Shown: one piece after another, positions 1 to 7,649 of the stretch | How positions within the stretch are numbered: position 1 is the first letter of the stretch | Layout: each line of letters starts with the position of its first letter | NCBI RefSeq assembly: GCF_006345805.1 | Contig: NW_021827802.1 | Coordinates: 1 to 9,925 of the forward strand | Direction: 5' to 3' | DNA from: Octopus sinensis | Taxonomy: Eukaryota | Length of the DNA: 9,925 nucleotides | Program-made: the position numbers and the translations under genes | Notes under the pieces: model-generated | Database searches by the model: none | Seen by the model: only the letters and a program-made list of their open reading frames with translations | What the model was told of the DNA's origin: nothing

Positions 1-33
1 GGTGAGAGGAGGGTGGTAGTTGATACTATTTAA

Positions 34-248
34 TTTCTTTACTACCCACAAGGGGCCAAACATAGAGGGGACAAACAAGGACAGACAAAGGGATTAAGTC
101 GATTACATCGACCCCAGTGCGAAACTGGTACTTTATTTATCGACCCCGAAAGGATGAAAGGCAAAGTCGACCTCGGTGGAATTTGAACTCAGAACGTAAA
201 GACAGACGAAATACCGTTAAACATTTTGGCTGGCATACTAACGTTTCT
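34..248 (-). mobile_element. tRNA-derived SINE, family A, 5'-truncated copy (second unit of a dimer)
   Basis: Highly similar to 249-480 but lacks the first ~15 nt of the head. B-box-like GAGTTCAAATTCC on minus (GGAATTTGAACTC at 178-190). Core CCTTTCATCCTTTCGGGGTCGATAAATAAAGTACCAG on minus resembles, from memory, the Meta/MESC SINE domain. Confidence 0.8.
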
Positions 249-480
249 TATTTCTTTATTACCCACAAGGGTCTAAACATAGAGGGGACAAACAAGGACA
301 GACAAACGGATTAAGTCGACTACATCGACTCCAGTGCGAAACTGGTATTTTATTTATCGACCCCGAAAGGATGAAAGGCAAAGTCGACCTCGGCGGAATT
401 TGAACTCAGAACCTAACGACAGACGAAATACGGCTACGCATTTCGCCCGGTGTGCTAACGTTTCTGCCAGCTCGCCGCCT
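249..480 (-). mobile_element. tRNA-derived SINE, family A, full-length
   Basis: Minus strand begins AGGCGGCGAGCTGGCAGAAACGTTAG (A-box-like), has a B-box-like motif at 395-407, and ends in an A-rich tail AATAAAGAAATA. Confidence 0.85.
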
Positions 481-878
481 GTGGTAGTTGATACTATTTA
501 ACTCTAGGTCAGCTCTGACTTAAAAAGTTAAAAAAAAAATATGAAAAGCGCTCCCGCAATGACCATCCAGTCGACTTTTTCTTTCTCTTTTTCTTTCAAG
601 ATTGCCTAATTCTATGTCATTTGAAATGGCACGAAACTGACTTGAGAAAAGTTTAAAGTTTACCCATTATTTCTAGCAACCATGTAGAGGGTCTTCTTTC
701 ACTGGTGGGTGTAGTGGTGGTGGGGGTGCGAAAAAAATCGATCTGCCACATGTTGGGCGGTGTAAACATGTGGCGATGGGGGTGGGGAAATAAATTAAAA
801 GGACTAGTGGGAGATTAAGCACGAGTAACTAGAAACCACAGCCACTGCTACCTCCACCAGAGGGGGTAATGGTGGTGA

Positions 879-909
<31 letters not shown>
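879..909. repeat. (CTA)n microsatellite
   Basis: Direct inspection. Confidence 0.95.
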
Positions 910-910
<1 letters not shown>

Positions 911-990
911 TACTAGTTGCTGCTCAGGTAAAGTTTGTTGTTTTAAAACATGCTCGAGTTTTATTTGGGTAGCAGTGGTTAGCGGTAGTT

Positions 991-1168
991 TGTGTGTGTG
1001 TGTGTCGTGTGTGTGTGGTGTGTGTGTGGTGTGTGTGTGTGTGTGCGCGTGTGTGTGTGTTGTGTGTGGTGTGTGCGTGTGTGTGTGTGTGTTGTGTGTG
1101 TGTGTGTGTTGTGTGTGTGCGCGTGTGCGTGTGTGAGTGTGTGTGGTGTGTGTGTGTTGTATGTGTGT

Positions 1169-1199
<31 letters not shown>

Positions 1200-1254
1200 G
1201 TATGTGTGTTGTATGTGTGTGTGTGTGTGTGTGTGTTGTGTGTGTGTACGTGTA
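991..1254. repeat. degenerate (TG)n microsatellite
   Basis: Direct inspection; explains the HT- and CV-rich ORFs 905-1324, 992-1273 and 994-1320. Confidence 0.97.
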
Positions 1255-1390
1255 TACGAAAAGATGGTGGTAATCGGGTGGCAGCGATCGAGTGATGAGG
1301 TAGATCGACTTTCAAGATAAACATGGCGGGTGGTTAGCTAACTCTGAAGAACAAATAAACAGATGCACACAATAACAGTATCGTTTCATC

Positions 1391-1515
1391 CTCCTCCCTC
1401 CCTCCCTCCCTCCCTTTCTCCCCCTCTCTCTCTCTTTCTCTTTCTTTCCCCCACCTCTCTTTTACACACACACACTCGTTCTCTCTATCTTTCCCTCACA
1501 CACACACACACACAC
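1391..1515. repeat. compound (CCCT)/(CT)/(CA) simple repeat
   Basis: Direct inspection. Confidence 0.9.
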
Positions 1516-1704
1516 GAGGAGGTGCTGAAAAGTTCCTGGCTTTAAGGGCATTGCGAAAGGCCTGGTTCTTTTACAGGGCTTAGAAAAACTGAAGGACCGA
1601 CCACTGCAATAAGTGTGTGTCAATTTGATAGGGTAATATGCCAGATAAGATTATAATTAACTGATCCTCCTGTATCTTATTTTACAAAACCAGGAACTTT
1701 TCAG
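1515..1704 (+). mobile_element. mariner (Tc1/mariner)-derived MITE / internal deletion derivative
   Basis: Inverted repeats CTGAAAAGTTCCTGGCTTT (1525-1543) and AAAACCAGGAACTTTTCAG (1686-1704) match 18/19. The left end starts CGAGG, a mariner-like terminus. The interior encodes a frameshifted LQGLEKLKDR-CNKCV-NLxG*Y relic (from 1571), matching the mariner transposase C-terminal pattern GIxKLxxRWxKCxxxxGxY. Confidence 0.75.
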
Positions 1705-1717
1705 TAGGATTGTGTGT

Positions 1718-1785
1718 GTGGATGTATGGTAAGAATTTGGCTTCCCAACCACATAGTTCTGTGTTCAATCCCATTACGTGACACC
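1718..1785 (+). mobile_element. old, degenerate tRNA-like head of a family-B SINE
   Basis: Aligns by eye (roughly three quarters identical) to the reverse complement of the SINE head at ~2137-2204 (GTGGCTGTGTGGTAAG...CATGGTTCCGGGTTCAGTCCCACTGCGTGGCACC). Confidence 0.65.
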
Positions 1786-2009
1786 TCTCTTTACTCTTTT
1801 ACTCTTTTACTTGTTTCAGTCATTTGACTGCGGCCATGCTGGAGCACCGCCTTTAGTCGAGCAAATCGACCCTGGGACTTATTCTTTGCAAGCCCAGTAC
1901 TTATTCTATCGGTCTCTTTTTGCCGAACCGCTAAGTGACGGGGACGTAAACACACCAGCATCGGTTGTCAAGCAATGCTAGGGGGACAAACACAGACACA
2001 CAAACACAC

Positions 2010-2051
<42 letters not shown>

Positions 2052-2214
2052 GACAGGCTTCTTTCAGTTTCCGTCTACCAAATCCACTCACAAGGCATTG
2101 GTCGGCCCGGGGCTATAGCAGAAGACACTTGCCCAAGGTGCCACGCAGTGGGACTGAACCCGGAACCATGAGGTTGGTTAGCAAGCTACTTACCACACAG
2201 CCACTCCTGCGCCT
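1786..2214 (-). mobile_element. tRNA-derived SINE, family B, full-length with internal (CA)/(TA)n tract
   Basis: Minus strand starts AGGCGCAGGAGTGGCTGTGTGGT (A-box-like) and has GGTTCAGTCCC (B-box-like), an internal microsatellite at ~1987-2051, and a 3' tail of (GAGTAAAA)-like repeats. Confidence 0.85.
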
Positions 2215-2225
2215 ATATATATATA

Positions 2226-2435
2226 TAGTTAGTCCAAACATGAAAACACAAAGAGAAAACACAACAACACAAGGACGTGGAACAAGTATAGTATTATTGG
2301 ACGCTCGGGAAAGAAGGCGGGTTTAACGTTTCGAGCGAAGCTCTTCGTCAGAAACATAGGAAAAGAAAAAAGATCAAAGAAGGGAAGACGGAGGGAAAAA
2401 AATCGCCAACGCTACACACGCGGTCACATTTTGAA
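2226..2435 (-). mobile_element. Penelope-like element terminal-repeat remnant (non-autonomous)
   Basis: Block bounded by (TA)n on both sides and containing a minimal hammerhead core, a known hallmark of Penelope-like element pLTRs. No RT or GIY-YIG coding sequence is seen; boundaries are approximate. Confidence 0.5.
2321..2355 (-). ncRNA. minimal type I hammerhead ribozyme motif
   Basis: Minus strand reads GUUU-CUGACGA-A-GAGC-UUC-GCUC-GAAA-CGU-U-AAAC: stem I GUUU/AAAC, core CUGAnGA, stem II GAGC/GCUC, GAAA, palindromic ACGU stem III, cleavage triplet GUU. Confidence 0.7.
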
Positions 2436-2591
2436 AAAAAAAAAAAATATATATATATATATATATGTACGGGGTGGGGTGAAACAATTTGAAGTATCCC
2501 AGATGAACCACCTCCCCGCCAGACTAAACTCTATCAACTCCCTGATCCACCCACCAATTAACAATCCTAAAGAGATAACTTTTATATGCAC

Positions 2592-2632
<41 letters not shown>

Positions 2633-2687
2633 TATGTTGAAAAGGTCTCAAATGACTGAACCGGTACTGAAATGTTCTTTATAAAAT

Positions 2688-2749
2688 ATTTTAGCATTTT
2701 CAATCTCGACTTGTTTTTTCATATATATACATATATATATATATAATAT

Positions 2750-2784
<35 letters not shown>

Positions 2785-2827
2785 GAAAAAACAAGTCGAG
2801 ATTGAAAATGCTAAAATTCTTAGATGT

Positions 2828-2899
<72 letters not shown>

Positions 2900-2910
2900 C
2901 ATCTAAGAAT
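2688..2910. repeat. two adjacent perfect inverted repeats, each centred on an (AT)n tract
   Basis: 2688-2720 is the exact reverse complement of 2785-2817 (33 bp); 2816-2829 is the exact reverse complement of 2897-2910 (14 bp). Confidence 0.92.
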
Positions 2911-3067
2911 CGAAGTGTAGGAAGAGAGTTAACTTCAAGCAAACTGTAGTAAATATAAAAACAACTTTCAGGTACGATAGTGGTTTACTGAGACGGAAGG
3001 TTGTGGATGCTTTTTTTTTCTTAGCGAAGTACGTTAAATTGAAAAAAGTTCTTTTTATATTTCACAG

Positions 3068-3163
3068 TAGGCAACCAGAGTTGCCTGGCATGCGAATAGG
3101 AATACAAGAGTTAAAGAATGGAGAAGATAAGATCTCCGGGCCACACATGTATCATAGCGAGCA
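3068..3163 (+). CDS. candidate internal coding exon (96 nt, phase 2-2) of an unidentified gene: [32 protein letters not shown]
   Basis: Acceptor TTCTTTTTATATTTCACAG ends at 3067 and donor GTAAGT is at 3164-3169. Length is divisible by 3 and exactly one frame is open. The peptide is non-repetitive. No homolog recognised. Confidence 0.5.
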
Positions 3164-3210
3164 GTAAGTCTTCGGAAGTGGTGGATCGAGCGAGGTGACT
3201 CCATACCTCT

Positions 3211-3212
<2 letters not shown>

Positions 3213-3255
<43 letters not shown>

Positions 3256-3315
3256 ATATAGCATATATATATACATAATATATATCATATAGATATATAT
3301 ACATATATATATATC

Positions 3316-3384
<69 letters not shown>

Positions 3385-3510
3385 CCTATATATATATATA
3401 CATATATATATATATACATTATATATATAACACATATATATATATATGTATATACATATATATATATGTATATATATATATATGTATATATATATGTGTG
3501 TGTGAGTGTA

Positions 3511-3563
<53 letters not shown>

Positions 3564-3565
3564 AT
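3213..3565. repeat. long interrupted (AT)n/(ATAC)n tract ending in (GT)n
   Basis: Direct inspection; explains the IY-rich ORFs 3055-3435, 3285-3578 and 3419-3622. Confidence 0.97.
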
Positions 3566-3823
3566 AACTTGTGCGCATGCGTCTGAATATATCTCGTTTA
3601 TTAATTGTGTTACGGGTATCACCTCACTGCTATCACAACCACACTCCTGTTGCTCCCTTCCCTACACGTAATTATTCCCCCCACCCTGACTGACTTTGTA
3701 TCTCCCCCCTCCCGCCTTCAACTCAGTTTCCTCTCTCTCCACCCCCCACCAATTCCCGATAACTCTGTTGCTCATTTCTTTTCATCTCGATAGCAATATT
3801 AGGCGTCCAAATGAGATAAACCA

Positions 3824-3861
3824 TAGTAGTAGTAGTAGTAGTAGTAGTAGTTGTTGTTGTT
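3824..3861. repeat. (AGT)n(TGT)n microsatellite
   Basis: Direct inspection. Confidence 0.9.
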
Positions 3862-3904
3862 GTACCCGTAGTGGTGAGAATATTGGAGGTGGAGAAGTTG
3901 CTGT

Positions 3905-4292
3905 TGTTGCTGTTGAGCGAACGGTCTTCGTCCCAGAGCTCGCAAGATGGGAGAAGTCCGAAACGTGGTCCTTTGCTAGTCGTAAGACCCGCAGAAGAGA
4001 AAGCAGGTCAACAACCCCCGACACCGAGAGCATCGACGGATGGATGAATGCGCATCCAGGCCTCAGCGGTTGCGTAGGAAGTCGGGGAGGACAAGAAACA
4101 GGAAGAAAGAGTGAGAGAAAGTTGGGGCGAAAGAGTACAACAGGGGTCGCCACCCCACCCCCTGCCGGAGCCTCGTGGGGCTTTAGGCGTTTTCGCTCAA
4201 TAAACACACACAACACCCGGTCTGGGAATCGAAACCGCGATCCTCCGACCGCGAGTCCGCTGCCCTAACCATTGGGTCATTGCGCCTCCACT
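3905..4292 (-). mobile_element. tRNA-derived SINE, family C head with alternative 3' half (C2)
   Basis: Minus strand starts AGTGGAGGCGCAATGACCCAATGG (A-box-like) with GGTTTCGATTCC (B-box-like). About 4095-4292 matches the 5' half of the SINEs at 5015-5768 and 7261-7649, while ~3905-4095 is unrelated to them. Possible low-complexity TSD TGTTGCTG (3905-3912 / 4293-4300). Confidence 0.8.
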
Positions 4293-4387
4293 TGTTGCTG
4301 CTGTGATGGTTGTGAAGGCGCTAATAATACAAAATTCAATGTGGTTGTTATTGTTGTTGTTGTTGGTGGTGGTGGTGGTTATATTGG

Positions 4388-4772
4388 TATTGATAGTGTT
4401 GATTTAGCGCTATTGTTGTTGGCGGCGGTAAAGTTTAGCCCCAGGTCATCCTGTTAAAACAAACCAATGATCAAAAGATATTCCAGCCATGAACACTTTC
4501 TATCAGGCACATTGTATCTAAGACCACATTGTGCAATGTATCTTTCTTTTATAAAGATAAGATGTGATTTTAGGGAAGTTTAACTGCTATTTTTAGCAGT
4601 CTGAACGAGTCCGCAGAGGTTCCTTCTGTTGTTGTTGCTGATAACATGATTCTTGTTTCTCTGCCTGCTGTTGTTCTTGGCTTTGATCGAAAAAGATAAC
4701 TATATTCTTGTTGCATTTTGGGCGGGTCATGTTGCCAATTAAAACATATATGCTGGTTGTATTTCCCTTCAG
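4388..4772. repeat. left arm (donor) of a ~385-bp inverted duplication
   Basis: Reverse complement of 5268-5650 with only 6 differences. Confidence 0.95.
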
Positions 4773-5014
4773 ATTTATTATCAATTGATTAGATAATTAA
4801 TTACCTGTTTTGTTAATGTTCTGTCGTCACAGTCTGTGACCTTATCAATGATGTTGTGCACTACAAACAATCTTCGCGCTAGCACACACTCCTTGTTGAT
4901 TGCTCTTTGCGAAATATATTATTTTCTTTAACCATTTAACCACACTGCACAGAGACATTATATTTTTAGTGAAGAGCCTATTTGTATGCTTTGATTCTAA
5001 GACATATCTGAAAT

Positions 5015-5768
5015 TGGAAGCACTCCGTCGGTTACGACGATGAGGGTTCCGGTTGATCCGAATCAACGGAACAGCCTGCTCGTGAAATTAACGTGTAAGT
5101 GGCCTGAGCACACCACAGACACGTGCACCCTTACGTAGTTCTCGGGTATTCAGCGTGACACAGAGAGTGACAAGGCCGGCCCCTTGAAATACAGGTACAA
5201 ACAGAAACAGGAAGTAAGAGTGGAGAGAAAGTTGTGGTGAAAGTACAGCAGGGATCACCACCATCCCCTGAAGGGAAATACAACCAGCATATATGTTTTT
5301 AATTAGCAACATGACCCCGCCCAAAATGCAACAAGATATAGTTATCTTTTTCGATCAAAGCCAGAACAACAGCAGGCAGAGACAAGAATCATGTTATCAG
5401 CAACAACAACAGAAGGAACCTCTGCGGACTCGTTCAGACTGCTAAAAATAGCAGTTAAACTTCCCTAAAATCACATCTTATCTTTATAAAAGAAAGATAC
5501 ATTGCACAATGTGGTCTTAGATACAATGTGCCTGATAGAAAGTGTTCATGGCTGGAATATCTTTTGATCATTGGTTTGTTTTAACAGGATGACCTGGGGC
5601 TAAACTTTACCGCCGCCAACAACAATAGCGCTAAATCAACACTATCAATATGGAGCTTTTAGGTGTTTTCGCTCAATAAACACTCACAACGCCCGGTCTG
5701 GGAATCGAAACCGCGATCCTACGACCGCGAGTCCGCTGCCCTAACCACTGGGCCATTGCGCCTCCACT
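5015..5768 (-). mobile_element. tRNA-derived SINE, family C1, interrupted by a ~380-bp insertion
   Basis: 5015-5270 and 5651-5768 together align with the intact copy at 7261-7649. A 12-bp TSD CATATCTGAAAT lies at 5003-5014 and 5769-5780. A-box TGGCCCAGTGG on minus. Confidence 0.9.
5268..5650. repeat. right arm of the inverted duplication (copy inserted in the SINE)
   Basis: Reverse complement of 4388-4772; replaces about 11 nt (CCGGAGCCTCG) of the SINE. Confidence 0.95.
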
Positions 5769-5918
5769 CATATCTGAAATATATTGGTGACGTAAAAAAA
5801 AAGTGAACTTACATATGTTCAAAATCGAATTATTGTACAACATAGAACACAGTACTAGTGTGGTACTGGGTAATGTGACAGTGGGTAATGTAGTGGAAGC
5901 ACGCAATAAATATGATCA

Positions 5919-5921
<3 letters not shown>

Positions 5922-6005
<84 letters not shown>
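5922..6005. repeat. (AAT)n microsatellite
   Basis: Direct inspection. Confidence 0.97.
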
Positions 6006-6009
<4 letters not shown>

Positions 6010-6580
6010 GCCCTGATGCAGTACCAGGCAGTGGCCCTCGTGGCTTCTGATCTAACTGATTGGAAGTGTTATCATGTACATTTTTTGTCTTGTATAAAAG
6101 ATGGGTTAAGCAAATGTTTGCTCATACCACAGATTTGCTTGTCAGTTGTTTGACCGTAACCAGTTGAGCATGTCCCTCAGTGGCTGACGATATGTGCATC
6201 TCTGATCATGAGCAGAAGTAGTGGTGGAGCATCATGGCCGTGTGTTGAGAGGGATTCTTAGAGGTTTGGATAATTCACCTTTGGAAACATGGGTGGTTCA
6301 TTCAACATCTTTAAACAACCCTTACTCAGGGACATTTTGAGTTGGATGGGCTACTCGACCAGAAGAAAATTCTAACTGGACCCCCACCTGCAAGGTCATG
6401 TGCTGTTTATCTTGATATGAGATCCCTATGTCGCGCACATATGGTTGAGATACATGTGCCTAGTGTACCCTTATGAGACGTGTAGTCATGATGGGTATAC
6501 TGGGCTTCATATATTTTACGCCAGTGTCATTTTGATGGCATGCACTGTCCTCTTACTCAATAATAATAATAATAATAATA
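6006..6580 (+). mobile_element. (TAA)n-bounded retroelement 3' fragment, possibly Dong/R4-clade LINE or a derived SINE
   Basis: Non-coding ~550-bp unit between two (AAT)n tracts; its 3' 360 bp recur at 6581-6952. Family assignment is inferred only from the known TAA-repeat targeting of Dong elements. Confidence 0.55.
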
Positions 6581-6919
6581 TAGTGGGGGAGCATCATAGC
6601 CATGTGTTGAGATGGATTCTTTGGGGTTTGAATAATTCACCTCTGGAAACATGGGTGGTTCTTCCAACATCCTTAAACAACCCTTATTCAGGGACCTTTT
6701 GAGCGGGATGGGCTACTCGACCAGAAGAAAATTCTAACTGGGCCCCACCTGCAAGGTCATGTGCTGTTTATCTTGATATGAGATCACCATGTCGCGCACA
6801 TATGGCTGAGATACATGTGCCTAGTGTACCCTTATGAGACGTGTAGTCATGGTGGGTATACTGGGCTTCATATATTTTACGCCAGTGTCATTTTGGTGGC
6901 ATGCACTGTCCTCTTACTC

Positions 6920-6952
<33 letters not shown>
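6581..6952 (+). mobile_element. second, more 5'-truncated copy of the (TAA)n-tailed element
   Basis: Aligns with 6219-6580 (22 differences in ~340 bp by manual count) and ends in (AAT)n at 6920-6952. Confidence 0.6.
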
Positions 6953-7012
6953 TTTTAATTTAGGCACAAAAGCAGGCATTTTGTGTGTAAGTTATTAACT
7001 GATCTCGGGATT

Positions 7013-7065
7013 AACTGATGCTTTATTTCATCGATCCCGGTGGAACGAAAGGCAAAGTTAGCTTC
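7013..7065 (-). mobile_element. degenerate fragment of the family-A SINE core
   Basis: AACTGATGCTTTATTTCATCGATCCCGGTGGAACGAAAGGCAAAGT resembles AACTGGTACTTTATTTATCGACCCCGAAAGGATGAAAGGCAAAGT at 123-167. Confidence 0.5.
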
Positions 7066-7260
7066 TATCATTCATCTCCGATGCTAATTTCACTCATTGG
7101 CACAATCCCACAAGCATTGAGACAAAGTGGAGAATCGTAGAATCGAATTTAAATAGCTAGCACCCTACCCTACCTCACATCACCCCACCCTGCTATCTAC
7201 CCTGCTGCAAGGGATGAAAGGTAAATTCTTTGTTCGGTGACATTTGGACTCAAATCAAAT

Positions 7261-7649
7261 GGATGGAAGCACTTCGTCGGTTACGACGATGAGGGTTCCG
7301 GTTGATCCGATCAACGGAACAGCCTGCTCGTGAAATTAACGTGTAAGTGGCTGAGCATTCCACAGACACGTGTACCCTTAACGTAGTTCTCGGGGATATT
7401 CAGCGTGACACAGAGAGTGACAAGGCCGGCCCCTTTGAAATACAGGTACAACAGAAAAAGGAAGTAAGAGTGAGAGAAAGTTGTGGTGAAAGAGTACAGC
7501 AGGGATCACCACCATCCCTGCCGGAGCCTCGTGGAGCTTTTAGGTGTTTTCGCTCAATAAACACTCACAACGCCCGGTCTGGGAATCGAAACCGCGACCC
7601 TATGACCGCAAGTCCGCTGCCCTAACCACTGGGCCATTGCGCCTCCACT
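7261..7649 (-). mobile_element. tRNA-derived SINE, family C1, intact (possibly octopus OR-type)
   Basis: A-box TGGCCCAGTGG and B-box-like GGTTTCGATTCC on minus; 10-bp TSD CAAATCAAAT at 7251-7260 and 7650-7659. Confidence 0.9.

Larger units (their letters stand above)
13..501. repeat. 21-bp target-site duplication enclosing both family-A SINE units
   Basis: GTGGTAGTTGATACTATTTAA is identical at 13-33 and 481-501. Confidence 0.9.

Noticed and set aside
117-314. 65-aa ORF
   Set aside because: Lies entirely within the SINE dimer, antisense to it.
905-1324. ORFs rich in HT or CV repeats (also 1965-2171, 2424-2902, 3055-3622, 8191-8659, 9119-9336)
   Set aside because: They are translations of (TG)n, (CA)n and (AT)n microsatellites, which lack stop codons in some frames.
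3696-4268. 190-aa plus ORF and 144-aa minus ORF (3782-4216)
   Set aside because: They run through microsatellites and a SINE; the same peptide pieces recur in ORFs 5673-5906, 7347-7625 and 7554-7745 because they are SINE sequence.
4593-4784. Gln-rich 63-aa ORF in the duplicated segment
   Set aside because: The Q runs come from (CAA)/(CAG) low-complexity sequence, there is no recognisable domain, and the frame is broken in the duplicate.
6013-6190. CTGATGC (6013) and CTGACGA (6184) as hammerhead cores
   Set aside because: The first lacks the conserved GA; neither is followed by a stem II and GAAA.
6219-6952. CRISPR-like or satellite array
   Set aside because: Only two long diverged units in eukaryotic DNA, with no short repeat-spacer structure or cas genes.
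7570-7649. tRNA gene calls for the SINE heads (also 4210-4292, 5690-5768, 2140-2214, 390-480)
   Set aside because: A/B boxes are present, but each continues into a SINE body, with TSDs in several cases; no complete cloverleaf or terminator.
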